Source: Octopus vulgaris (taxonomy: Eukaryota). From it: a stretch of DNA of 64,000 nt. The first letter of the stretch is position 1; every line of letters begins with the position of its first letter. Below are positions 10,760-25,121 of this stretch, in pieces. Under the pieces are notes generated by a model, which saw only the letters and a list, made by a program, of their open reading frames with translations, did no database searches and was not told where the DNA came from. Both the position numbers and the translations under genes were made by a program. The DNA lies in assembly GCA_951406725.2 (NCBI GenBank), contig OX597814.1, positions 92,442,001 through 92,506,000 on the forward strand. The letters run 5' to 3'.

Positions 10760-12889
10760 GTTATATATGATATGTGTGTGTGAAAGAAAGAGGGAGAATG
10801 TGATAGTATGCCGACGTCAAGTGTTAGGTATATGTAATTTGATTGATAAATATGTGATATTGTGACTAAAATAGTATTGCTCAAAGTAACAACGATTTTT
10901 TATCTCTAGCACAAGGTTAGAAAACGTATTTTAAGTATATTCTGTTTAATTGACCTAAATATTTAGTGAACAAGGAAAGGCAAATTCAATTTCATCATGA
11001 TGTAAACTGTGAACATAAAGGACGTAAAAATATACCACAAATCCGTATATTTTGAAATAGGCATATAAGTCAATTAAATTGATCATAATGATAGTTTGAT
11101 ACATTTTTATCAATAGCAGAAAGATGAAAGATAGATCTGACACAGAAAGTAATTTAGCCTGGAACGTAAAAGGAACATATTTAAATATACCTATACATCT
11201 TGCAAAGTAATGTAAAATTGCGAAATTTTGCGGGGCTGCGGTGTAGTCGATTACATCGATCACAGAATAAGTAAAAACTTATTCCATCGACCCCGAAAGG
11301 ATGAAAGGCGAAGTCGTCCCCGGCGGAATTTGAAATGAGAACGTAAAGAGACGAAAGAAAAGCCGCTAAATATTTTGTGGTACAGTTACGATTGTCAGTT
11401 CGTCATCATTTTAAAAATGAATTCAAATTTTGGCACAATGTCAGCAACTTTAAGGGAGAGAGTAAATCAATCACATCAACCCTAGTACTCAATTCGTATT
11501 CATTTTAACTGCCCCGAGATGGACGAAAGGCAAGACTGAAATAGGAGGAATTTGAACTCTGAACGTGAAGAGCCAGAAGTGCTGCTAAGCATTTTGTCCA
11601 ACGTACTAACGATTCTGCGAAGCTCGCTGTCTTATCCACATATAATAATATATCTTTTTGCTATAGACAGAAGCCTAAAATTTTGTGGAAGCCAGTTAGT
11701 CGATTATATCTATTTCAGTGCTCAGCTGGTACTTATTTTATCTATGCCGAAAAGACGAAAGGTAAAGCCGACCTCGGCCGAATTTGAATTCAGGACGAGA
11801 AGCCAGAAGAAATGCCATTATGCCTTTAGACCGGCAATGTAACGATTCTGCAAGCTCGCCTATATAAAATAATCCTTTCTATAATAGGCACAAGGGCTGC
11901 AGTTCTGTGGGAGGGAGGTAGTCGATTACACCCACCGCAGTGCTTGACTAGTACTTTTTTCTTCGACCTCGGCGGAATTTGAACTGAGAAGATAAAAACG
12001 GACGAAATGCTGCAAAGCACTTGCCCGGCGTGCTAAAGATTCAGCTAGTTCGTCGCTTTTATCTATATGAAATAATGGAATGTATTATGAAGCAGACTAT
12101 ACATAATTTCCTCAGATTTTACTGTTTAAGATAAGCATCCGAGGAAACTACTTAGACTCTGCGTTAGTAAATGATAATCCATAAAGTTGAAACACTTAAA
12201 TATATTTTACGCTCTGAAGAAGAAAAGTTTAACGTTTCGAACCTCCGTTAATGATTTTATATTTCCGTTGGTGAGTTTATACCTCCTTTGATGAGTAGAA
12301 GTGTTAATTTTTTCCTATAATTTTTTTCCTTTCTTTCAGGCAATACTATTTTTTGCTTTAAATATTCTTTACTTCGCTCAAAAGTCTAATGTATTACTAA
12401 CAACTTTTCGGCGGATGGTGCAAGTTGCTCTATCGTTCTCTTATGCCAAACAGCTAAGTTGCAGGGACGTAAACAAACGAGCACTCGTTGCCAAGCGGTG
12501 GAGGGGGACAAGCATAAAGATATACACGCACACATATCGTATATATGATTTTTCTCAATGCAAAAATATTTCTACTTGGGTATTTAACGCGAACTACATT
12601 GAATACGTAAGCACTAAATTATATATCATAATATTATTCTGCTTGTTTCTTATTGGTTTTTCCATGTATTACGCTTAAATCAACAAAGGAAATTATAAGT
12701 CGAACATAGAAATATACATAGAAAGAGTGGAAAAAGGGAGAAAAGGGAAACAAAGAGGAATAGTGGAATCAGTGAAAAAATAGAAAGGGAGAGAGAAAGA
12801 GAGAGAGTCTATATTAGACAGACAGGCAGACAGACAGGCAGGCAGGCAGACAGGCAGGTAGACAGACAGACATACAGACAGACAGACAT

Positions 12890-12967
<78 letters not shown>

Positions 12968-13389
12968 TTGCTGTGACAATACAAGTTCAAACGTTCATCT
13001 TTGTCTTTTTAACACCATTCTATGTTATGTGTTAACGAAAACCGTCATTCATAGTATGTTTTAAAAACCGTTATTCATAAGAGTCACATCAATTTTATTT
13101 TTTTTCAAATAATAAGTATTTCTTTCGCTCCTACCAGTCTATGCATATCATATTTCTTATTCGTGTTATGTTGATTTCTAAGAGAAACTTGATCTATATT
13201 CGTGGTGACACAATTTTTGAATTCCTAGTGTAATGTTCTGTTATTGACATATTTATAAAGAATTCAAAGTATAGCATAAATGTAAATGTTGCCGGTTTTG
13301 TTTTGTTTTTGTTTTTTTTTTTGTTTGTTTGTTATTTTCAGTATAAATCATTTTGTTTACGTTTTGAAAATATGTCCTCTGGTACATTA

Positions 13390-14350
13390 CTATGACAATA
13401 ACGACCGACATGGGTGGTCACTTCGAATCCAGTCTTTCTGACCTACTTAACATGCCTAACGGAATGATAGAAAATTTTCATCGACAACTTAAAGCGGATC
13501 TTTTCGGCTTGAACGGCAGTTTTTCTAGCGGTGTCATATGAAATTGTCACCCATAATTATGAGCCTAGTATCGATCTATTGCATTTCAATCTGTTTTAGG
13601 GTTAGGGTTAATTAGGGTTAGTTAGGGTTAGGGTTAGGGGTGGGGGAAAGGTATCTTTTTTTATTCACAAATGTAAATAAACCCAATCTGTTTCTTAAAC
13701 GAGGGACATATTCATACGGCACAGAATGTTTTTTACCTCAATAGACGTCAGTGATTGGTTGAAATTGCAGAAATTGAAGAAAAAAACAACAAATATCTTA
13801 CAAACTATAGAATTTTCTCAATAAAGCCAAGAGAAAAAGATGTTTTATAAACACATTCTAGCAGTATACGAAGTTTAAAATTTTTTAGTTACCTAGAAAT
13901 TATGTTAAAAACTGCCGTTCAAACCGAAAAGATCCCTTAAAGCAGCTTTACTAGCACATTCCGATTCGGATAGATGGTTAGAAGCCCAGACGAGTGTGTT
14001 ACTAGATTTACGTGCTGTCGTGAAGGAAGACTTATGTTATTCCCCGGCAGAATTACTGTATGGTCCAGCACTTAAACTGTCTGATCAAATATTGGCTGCA
14101 GTTACTCAGCAATATGATCCTACCAACTATATTCATCGGTTGCGAAATTACAAGGCAGAATTACCTGCGTTAATAACGAGACCGCAGTCGTTTAACTCAC
14201 GTATTTGGACTTACGTATTTTTACGTAACGATGCAGGTAAGCATCTTTGCAGGCAGTTTATTCCGGCCCATACCGTGAGTTAAAGGCTAAACCAAAGTAT
14301 ATAGCGTTGAACATTCAAGGGAGACAGGAAACTTAGTGTTGATCGACTTT
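13390..14350 (+). mobile_element. Gypsy LTR-retrotransposon integrase remnant
   Basis: Translates ITTDMGGHFESS...PNGMIENFHRQLKA|ALLAHSDSDRWLEAQTSVLLDLRAVVKEDLCYSPAELLYG...SVDRL. Split by the MITE at 13496-13935. Confidence 0.85.
13496..13935. mobile_element. TIR MITE with 8-bp TSD and internal TTAGGG array
   Basis: TIRs GGATCTTTTCGGCTTGAACGGCAGTTTT / AAAACTGCCGTTCAAACCGAAAAGATCC; TSD CTTAAAGC (13488-13495, 13936-13943); six TTAGGG units at 13596-13639. Confidence 0.9.
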
Positions 14351-14580
14351 TCGGGTAGACAGATAGACAGGCAGACAGATTGATTGATTGTCCCTTGGAT
14401 TGCCTATGTAGATTTTCACATCCCCTCAAGAATCAAATGTTTCAGAATGATATACATTTTCATCATATAATTTTCAAAACAACCGTGGATTTTCCACGGA
14501 TACTGCTAGTTGTTAACTATTGTTCTTGGAAACGACTTCGAACCAGCAGCAACTTGTGAGAATTTGGAGGGAAAAACTGC

Positions 14581-14638
<58 letters not shown>

Positions 14639-15832
14639 GTACATCAATTTAGGTTAATCGAAACCGTTTTATATGCTTAAACTTCAAAACACTGTCAGCT
14701 TGGACCTCATATTCTAAAGTCGGATCACTTCATTATACAGCAGCATATTTTCGGTGTTAATATTAAATTGCCTCCTATCGGAATTTATTTGACACGATAC
14801 GACCAGTTTAAATAAGAAGGTGGCCATTTTCCTCGTTTAAATAGTTTTGCTTTCTCGCCTTTACTACAATGGCTGGCTGTTCTTAGGGATATCTCACTTC
14901 TGCTGAGTCATTATTCACTCGAAGATACGTTGGGAACTAATGCGGTCCACAGCGAAGTGGGAAAATACAAAGCAGGAACATGATTCAACTAGACAAGCAA
15001 GTTGTTGGTCTTATAACTCGCCACGAAGACAACCAACTCCATACTAGCCAAAGTTTTGTCTTTAGACCAAGCTTCGGTTAATCTCTTTGCGAATCGGTTC
15101 ACTCCGGAACCCTGACTGGATATTATATGGGACAGAATTACAACCAAGGCTAAAGGTTTTCTGGCGGTGATGAATGTTTATATCGGAAAGAAAAGTAAAA
15201 CACATAGAATCAATACTCTTAGTTATGTTTTAACTTCGAAGCTTATAGGATTGACTTTATTTTCAGCTTTCTGGGGTAGATAACATATGTAGTAATAATA
15301 TGATGATGCAATTTCCATCAATGAACCTTATCCCCACACATGTATAATTCAAGAAATATTTATGAGGGTTGTAAATTAAATAGACATTAAAATGGAAAAT
15401 AATCTAAAACTCTTTAAAACGAATTTTATCGAAGCTCTTTTTTACATCAAATAACAGGAAAAAAAATATTTCTAAATGATTCAGATGGCTTTATTGTGTC
15501 CACAGGTAAAATATTCTTCTCTTTAGTGATTTTCTATAAGCACTTTGTATGAATAAATTTTTACTCAGACATCACACAGCGATAAAGATTTTGCCAAATA
15601 GTCAATTTATTCATATAGTTGATGGCGCCAAGTATCTTGTGAGCTGTCCAGTATCTACTATATATATTTTTATATTTATATATTTTAAACTTCTGTTGTG
15701 AGCATTTCATTGAACAGAGTTCAATCTATAGAATTAATTCAGAAATTTTTCTTCTTTATTTTTCTATTTCTCTCTCTTTGTCATCTCTTTCTCCTTTAGT
15801 CACACTGTTTACATACATACGTGTGTGTGTGT

Positions 15833-15882
<50 letters not shown>

Positions 15883-16187
15883 AACTTTCCCAGCTCTCAA
15901 CAATTGTAATGAGCAGCAAAAGTAACAAGTACATGAAATGGCGTTAATTGATTATAAAAGACATAAAATATTACGATTCGTCCAACTCTTTCTTCCGAAA
16001 TTTATTTTTTTTTAAATATTTCTCATTAACTAACTACTCAAAGAAAAGGAAAACAATTTAAAGAGCAACGCGAGATGACATGTTTTGCTCATGAACACAA
16101 CGCACGGGCAGATCTAGGAACTGAAACCACGATCTTACGATCGTGAGCGCAACACCAGGCATCCTCAGACTCACACACACAAATATA

Positions 16188-17032
16188 CAGGGTGCCATTT
16201 CATAGTCTAAATTTCGCGTATGCGCATTGTTGGTCTTTGATTTTGTCGACTACATAGTATAGTAGAGTCAGTTTGGCACCTTCTGTGAGAAAGACAGCAC
16301 AATGACGCAATTCACTCTGCCAAAAATTTGGAAACAACATGCTGTACTACTTGGCATTCATGCCGGAAGCTCCAATACGAATATTTCAGTGTTGGGTGTT
16401 AATCTGAGTCCTCAAAACATGTATCGATGTGATAAAAACAAACATCCAGTCAACATCATGGTGTTTGGAGTGATCACTAGTGATGGCGACTTTATGCCGC
16501 CAATCATCTTCTTACACATTCTCAGACTCAATACTGAGGCTTACAGCAAGTGCCTGGAAGTGGTAGTGCTGCCCTAGGTCAAGGGAGTGGCTGCTGAAAT
16601 ATCTTATATCTGGCAACAGGACTCTGCACAAGCAGGAGTAGCCAGTCATGGCGGTCAGACAATTTCTGCGACCACATCACCCCTAACATCTGGCCGCCTG
16701 ACTCCCCAGACTACAACTCCCTTGATTATTGTGTGTGGGGCGCAGTTGAGCGAGAGACCAACAAAACTCCTTGTAACACCAAAAATGAACTGATGGCAAA
16801 GATTATGGCAGCATTCACCAACTTAAACAAGAATACCGTCCAGAAGAGTCACAGGAGATTCCGATGTCTTCTGGAGGCCGTGGTTGAAGTCAATGGCGAT
16901 TTTATTGAATAAATTTACTATTTAGTATTACAAGAAATTTCTATGTAATTTTGGTAAATACGTGTGTTAGACTGAGTTGTTAATGCTATTTTCATTTTTG
17001 AGTAATTTAGACAATTCATTCAGCGCAACCTG
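16188..17032 (+). mobile_element. Internally deleted Tc1/mariner element (maT/DD37D-like)
   Basis: TA-flanked CAGG...CCTG ends; transposase pieces KHPVNIMVFGVITSDG, WQQDSA, WPPDSPDYNSLDYCVWG and LEAVVEVNGDFIE*. Confidence 0.85.
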
Positions 17033-18520
17033 TATATGTGTATGCATGTATGTATGCGGGATATGTGCGATTTACATTTACAATCGCACAAATGACTGAA
17101 ACAAGTAAAAGAGTAAAATACACACACACACACACACACACACGTGTGTGTTTGTATGTATATATGCACCGTTTTTCTCGGATAAGACACTTCAAGTTAT
17201 AAACCCAGCCAACAATTAGCGCAGTATATTTTAAAGAAACAAAATAAATTATTTATTCTGAAAACCGAGTAAAATGTAAGTGCCTGTGCTTTAACAAAAT
17301 TTGGTACACCTCTACCGGATATACCCAATATGAATTGTCTGCTGGCTTTGTTTACATTCCAACAATGGAACTGTTTGGGGGGGGGGCGTGTGTGTGTGTG
17401 TGTTTACGTGCAGGGTGGTGGGGACCTGTATACTTGTACCAGCTAGTTAAGTGCTAGGACGCAACTTATAATTAGTATGACACATTTGTAATAAAAGTTT
17501 TATGTATATTCATGAACCCTTTTATCAAAGACTTATTGTATGAAAATATTTTTTTTATTTAAAACATAATAGTGGTTCAGTGACAAAATTTAATACTACG
17601 CTGCCTGATATAAGCTCGCTACTAACTTTACATTCCTACGTTTCAGAATAATTGACAATTTTTCACTACTTATGCGGCTTTTGGTCACCACTGTGGAAAT
17701 TAGCGGTGCAACTATGACCCTCTTATATTCAAAAGTAGAGTGCTTGTGTAAGAAAGGGAGTGTTCCCTTATTTCTTTACTTTTAAACTAATGTTTAATGT
17801 GAAAATGTTTGTTGACAGTGTTACACATATCTGAATTTACGCATCATTTTATTTACTGTTTATTACGAGCATAAGCAAGGTTTTTTGAGAAACGGGATGC
17901 ATGAGACTTGTTAAGTGTTCCACTCAGAAAGTCTTTCGGGCTACAGTTTGCCCATGACAGGTTTAATTGTATATATTTTAATTGTTTGTTTATTCATAGG
18001 TTTCGTGTCATTCGATACCCTGGCCCCAATGTTTGTTTTGTCAGTTCACGTATCGTCCGCTCTTTTTCTCAACCTCATGGTTAATAAAGAAATTGACTGG
18101 TTTATTACACACTTGTTAACATATTGATTCCTATTGTTACCTATAGCAGTGATTCCCAACCTGAGGCCGTGGCAACGTGTAATGGAACCACGGCAAAGTT
18201 TAGGAAATGGGAGGGATTCAATGACTGGCATCACACAACTGCCATTCTGCCTCTTCCTAATATTTTTTTTCTGTAACTCTTTAAAATTTACACTCAAAAG
18301 AATACAGACACACAATGCATTTTCTTCATCATAAGATCCATCATGACAGAAAAACAAAGGATTTATTTGAGAATTGAATAATAACACTGTGTAACACAAT
18401 TTTGTCCTTGGGTAGCAACTGTTATTTCCTATTTGCTTATCCTAAGAGAGAGTGTGTGTGTGTGTGTCTGTGTGTAAGTGTGTGTGTAAGTGTGTGTGTA
18501 TGTGCACACATGTATTATTA

Positions 18521-18551
<31 letters not shown>

Positions 18552-19618
18552 CATTATTATTATTATCGTTATTATTACGAAGACGGCGAGCTGGCAGAAT
18601 CGTTAGCACATCGGGCGAAATGCTTAGCGATGTTTCGTCTGTCCTTACGCTCTGAGTTCAAACTTCACCGAGGCCGACTTTGCCTTTCATCGTTTTCAGG
18701 TCGATAAATTAAGTACCAGTTGCGTACTGAGGTCGATCTAATCGGCTAGTCCCTACCCAACAAATCTGAGGCTTTGTGCCTCCAATAGAAAGGATTATTA
18801 TTATTGTTGCTGTTGTTGTTGTTGTTGCTGACATAGCTGTAGGAGTATTTTTGGAGCGCTGTAAGTTTATGACTAATTCAGTTGTCTTAAAAGATTCTGT
18901 ACAGTATTTTGTTGGAAAAATGGCTAATATTTCCTTCAAATTTTGCTTTTGCTACATTTATTCAAACAGCAAAGAATTCCTCTCAACACATGGCTATGAT
19001 GTTCCGTGCTCAGGCTTAGAGATGCACATAATTATCAGCCACTAAGAGACATGCTCAAGTAGTTACGGTCAAGCGACTAACAAGCAAGTTTGTGGTATTG
19101 AGCAGAATATTTGCTATAATGATATTTCTGCTTCAGCACCTCAGCGCTGAATCTATCTGAAATGTAATGGAAAATAGGTCAGTTTCAAAACATTGATATC
19201 CAGATCGCAAAAGCAAAGTTTGAAAGGAATAGTAGTCATTTCCTTTGATTTCTAGACAGAAGCAAATAGGAAATACCATTTATTGACCAAAGACAAAAAA
19301 CAAATTTGTTTCAGTGTAATTTATCACTAAGTTTAATTATTAAGTGAGCAATGGAAAGTCTTATATGAATCAAATATTATATTACTTCTTTCACAGTTTA
19401 TACATTCGGTGACAATTTCTTGCACTTATCTCGGTAAGTCAAGTCTTAAAGTATCTTTCTTATTATCAAAAGCTCACAACTGCTTAGAAATAGTAAGTAG
19501 AAGTCGTCGTTTGCCTCTGATAACCATTGACCCTGATACTGAAAAACTTGCAAAACTGCATCAACCGCAAAAATCGCACCGAATAAATTCAGTAAAATGG
19601 TAATATTATACGTATGTG

Positions 19619-19649
<31 letters not shown>

Positions 19650-19653
19650 TGAG

Positions 19654-19705
<52 letters not shown>

Positions 19706-20507
19706 TGTGTATGTCTATGTTTGAGTGTGTGTGCGAGTGTGTATGTGTAGTCATGTATATACTTGCTAAAGGATTATAATTTTACGCTCTAAATTAATCA
19801 TCTTTTTAGAAGTTATTAATTTTCAGGAGGTCAATAGAAGCAGTTATGCATTTCGTATCAGAAAAATAATGTATGATTATAAACGATTGTTTTATTCAAC
19901 CACTAGAATGTTGTTTTGTTTTTGTGAAATAGAATAAATAACAGCGAATAAATGTGCAAAAGTCACTGACATTTCTATGAAGTTTATTATGTTTATGGTA
20001 GAAAACCGGATACATTTGGAAAATAAATTTTTTAAATGTCTATGTATTATAATAAATGTTTGTTCCAAAATTGTTTTCCTAACAAATATTTAGTTTCTAA
20101 TTAAACATTTATCAGAAAATTAGTTTCCAATTAAACATTTATCAGAAAATTAAAATATTTTTTCACTAATGATGGTGTTTGATAGTAGGTTGTGAGCCAC
20201 TCATCGACACCATTCTCCTTGCTGAGGACGGTTTCCGGGTCATCGCTACCATCGTAAAGAAAATTATCTTCAGTCCTATCGATCGCTTCAATTCAATCCG
20301 CTGTCTGACTTACTGTTTACCCTTTTTACAGTCACACATGAAGGTTTTACCCATCGACATACGTGTGCAACTGTACTCCAATCATTCTGCTTAGATAATA
20401 ATTTTCCACGTGAAATCCACTAGTTGTGCTCTTCTGATATAAAATATTTTTAGACGAGCAAGCCGAAATCTCGAAGTCACTGCTGACTTTTTCCTTATCA
20501 AAGTTAG

Positions 20508-20550
<43 letters not shown>

Positions 20551-20554
<4 letters not shown>

Positions 20555-20900
20555 ACAAAATAAGGGCAAAAGAAAAATTCTAATGCCAAATATGCCGAAA
20601 AAAAGACAAAATTGTCAATAACCATTATAATTTATGCGTCTCGAAACAAACCGATAGAAATTTCTAAAAAATCCGTTATTACCGCATTGGTCCCAATTTC
20701 GGGGTTAATTCATAAGAATTTTCCCCTCTTCAGCGATAAATACGTGAGATATAAATGAAATCCTTACTCATACTCATGGAAAAAGTAAGCACTAAGTCCT
20801 GAGCTGCCCTTATTTTGTAAATTATTTATAAATTTAACCTTTAAAGGTATTTTTTTATATGCTGGCTATTGATAAAAAAATTTTCGGGAAAAACAATTAT
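20551..20900. mobile_element. Foldback/pLTR-like element in (TA)n, same family as 38005-38300
   Basis: ATTTACAAAATAAGGGCA / TGCCCTTATTTTGTAAAT inverted pair; tail TTATAAATTTAACCTTTAAAGGTATTTTTT shared with about 38219-38250; internal hammerhead. Confidence 0.75.
20679..20739 (-). ncRNA. Hammerhead motif with non-canonical G at the cleavage position
   Basis: TTATCG-CTGAAGA-GGGG..CCCC-GAAA-TTGG-GA-CCAA-T-G-CGGTAA; all three stems pair. Confidence 0.65.
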
Positions 20901-22736
20901 ATATATATATATATATAAATACTTATATATCAATTGATAAATGCCAAGAGAACAGGAGTTTCATTAGCTTACAGCCGTTTCTGCTATAAGATGTCGTATG
21001 TGCATTTACTTCTGAGAACACACTTTACTTATAACAGAAATGTCAGTAAGCTCACTCTGTACTGACCTGGTTGTTAGCTGTAGCGCATAAGTATATTGAG
21101 TTCTAACAACTCGTTATTACTATCAATATATCTAAGTGGAATCATAATATGTATGTCTTTATGTATATGTCTGTATTTGTGTATGTAAGTATGAACATGT
21201 TATATTAGGTCTCTCTTGAGTGACACTGTTAATATGTATACCAGTACAACCTGTTATATGGTCGAGTTGTCGACCACTAAACCGACACTCCATAGGTTAG
21301 CCTAAAAATGTGTAATGCTAGAGACCCAGTAATACAAAACAAAATCCTCTCTAAGATCAGATGAAGCCAATGTTGGGTAAATAGTTATCTAACATTAGTG
21401 TGCAAGGATATAAAAATGCTGGAAGTCTCTGAAAAGAAAAAAGCAAAGTTGATTTGAATTCCGAATGCAAAAAGCCAGAAGAAATACCGCATGGTATTTT
21501 AACCGACTCTAACACTTCTGCTCAGTCACCGATCTGATAAATTGAAAGCATATTTTTGGTGTCGCCTTATACGAGATTCGCATCGCCTCCTATGACTAGA
21601 AATGATAGACGAGTTCGTTTTTGTTCACTAAATGAAGAACAGACCTAAGCTCTTTAGGCATTGTGAAGGAACTTGGTGAAAAGATCGCTTTAATATATAA
21701 CTGTTGCTATATAAATGGTTGGTTTTCAGAAATGTCTGTAGTCCATAACCAGCACTGCAAGCGTTCTATTCGGTTGCTAAATTTGCGAAAACACGGAGCA
21801 AAGGAATACTACAAATGGTGTAGCACCGAATAAAATAATTTATAGAATTTATTTTCGATCCCTTTTTATATTCGGCAGTACGGATATGTAATATGAATGT
21901 TGCAGGAAAGAATTGCAAGGCGAATTCTTCAAGGCAACCCAACCGGTAGGAGAATTTGGGGGAGACTAAGGAAAATATGCTTGGATAATATTTGTAGACT
22001 CAGTCACATTTGGGAATCCAGCTGGAAAGTGTAATAATTGTTACATCAGATAGAACCTACGGAATAGATGCCTGAAGACTCTACCCAATACTCTCCCGAG
22101 AATAGTTGGAGGAAAAGATGGATGGATGGATGGATGGATATTTTCGATCTTCTGTGTTCTGTACTCAAATCTTGACAGGATCTTTCTCGAATCGCTATCG
22201 TTTATGGGAATTATATAACAGTTATTTCAATTAAATCGACTAAACAACATCCTTAGTAATTCACTAGCTTTGTGCCAATAAAGCAAAATTGATAATAGAA
22301 TCACTTAAATCCATATTCTAAAACAACATTAAGACAAGGCAATATCTCATAAGTTTCAAGAGAAATCGATAGAAATCGACAAAGGAAACAGAATAAATCA
22401 ATATCTTAATGCTAAGAGATTTCAATATTTATCTACGTATGCGTTTCTGTAAAATGTTTTTGAATAAATTCATGAACAACAACACGGACAAGTGGGATTT
22501 GTAGCTGATTTTCATAAAACCAATGTTTTTCTAGAATAGTACAACGACTATATATTACTCGGAAAATTGTTTACTCATTTCAAACAGCTCACTTGCAGTA
22601 TCTCCGACATAATCGTGCGGAAAATACAATGTGTTTTCCGGCACATTGTTGAAGTGGGGATAAAAGAAATCGGAATCGGAATTAAAATATATTGTTGTTA
22701 ATGTAGCCTAAGTGAATCTAAAAATCAATAATAATG

Positions 22737-22812
<76 letters not shown>

Positions 22813-23451
22813 TGATGATGATTTCAAATTTTGACACAAGGCCAGCAATTTCGGGAATGGGGACAAGTCAATTACATCGACGCCAGTCCTCAATTGCTAC
22901 TTGTTTTATCGATCCCGAAATGATGAAGGGCGGGATTTGAACTCAGAACGTAACTACGGAAGAAATGCCGCTAAGTATTATGTCCAGCGTTCTAATGATT
23001 TTACTAGCTCGCCACCTAAACAATAGTTGTTTTGTACTATAAGCACAAGGCCTTAAATTTTGCGAGTAGCTAGTTCATTACATCGACTCTCGAGCTCAAC
23101 TGGGTATTCATTTCATCGACCCCGAAAGAAAGAAAAAACCAAGTCGACCCCGGCGGAATTTGAACTTAGAATTTACATACGAAATACTGCTAAGCATTGT
23201 GTTCTGCGTGCAAAAGATTTGGCCAGCCCGTCTCCTTATTAATAATAATAATAGTTCTTTCTACTATAGGGACCAGACCTGAAATTTTGGGTGGGGGCTA
23301 GTCGATTATATCGACCCCAGTATGTAACTGGTAGTTATTTTATCGACCTCGAAAGAATGAAGACCATGATCAACTTCGGCAGGATATGAATCTTTGTAAA
23401 GATAATAATCGAATAACCGCAGAATATGCAGTAGTGTATTTATACAGTAAA

Positions 23452-23840
23452 TCTCTATATATAAAGCTGAAGTTGTCTGTGTATGGCAGGTTTGGTAGCC
23501 TTCAACTAACACTATCTTCTCCGAGACCTTGCAGCGCAAGTTGACCAAAATTGAGAGTATGATGGAAGAAGGCTTGCTCTTCATTCCATAGCAGATAAAA
23601 CTCAAATCGGACCATGTTAACACCAAAAATTATTTATATAAAAAACGTGCTTTTTTCTATGAAAATTCCTATTTTTTACGATTGTTTGACTGCCGTGTCG
23701 CCATTTTTCGGTGTATTTCAACCAGGAAAATGTTCACTTAAAGAGAATAACAAATTGCATAATGCAAAAGTTTTACTTTTCAAAAATTCCAATTCTAAAG
23801 GGTCGATACAAACCCGAGCAACGCTGGGCGATGCTGCTAG
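23452..23840 (+). mobile_element. Non-autonomous Helitron
   Basis: 5' A|TC start, subterminal hairpin CCCGAGCAACGCTGGG, 3' CTAG|T. Confidence 0.8.
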
Positions 23841-24662
23841 TATGATATAAATTCATATAAATTTGGAACTGTATTCAGATGATAATTATCGATCTATCAT
23901 GAAAATATTGTAGCTATTGTTGTCTGAAGTGATTGGGAGATTGTGTAATTCCAAATTGGATACATGGAATGAACCGAATAAGTTCATCAATTCTTTAAAC
24001 ATTTGAATACTGGAGAAAGTTGCTAGCTTTAGCCTCCATCCCGTTTTCTTTCCCAGAAAGCCTAGGAATGGCTACGCCCAATACGTATCTAGAAATTCAA
24101 AGTTGAAAGAATGAAATCCAAAATTTTGGGTGGGAGTTTATTCTAGATACTTTCTGTTCATGAAGAATCCAGTGAGCCTTTTTAAGTGAGAGCCAGAGCG
24201 AGGTCGTCGGAAGGTGAGTTAGACTTGTCAAAATCAGATTGATGGTTATGACAGAGCTTGCGATTCTGATGGAGGAAGGGAGGAGATCTCTTGTCGACTG
24301 ATGCTGCATGGGAAATAAGAAGAGTTAAGACTGAGACTATTGAGATTACACCTTGAAACCAACATAAACAGTTAAACAAGCAATAAACGAACTCCAAAGT
24401 AATTAACAGCAGCCTTAACAACAATGGACACGCTACACTTAATGCCATAATAGTAAATCTAAGAAGAAGCCAACGAAGGAGCCTCTAAGCGGTGACTCAA
24501 CCTACTAGAAATATAAACCAAGCTCCTTCAAATCGCTACCTACCATCGTAAAATGAAAGGACATTTGGTTCAATAATAGAACTATGCCTGAAAACAAGAT
24601 GGAATAGGCAAGTCTGGACTGTTGTTGATCATAGTTTGCCTCAGTCAGAACTAATATGGGGA

Positions 24663-25121
<459 letters not shown>

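Noticed and set aside
12213-12245. CTGAAGA..TTTCGAAC hammerhead-like string (also CTGATGA at about 5835 and 7667)
   Set aside because: No paired stem I or valid GAAA/stem III arrangement.
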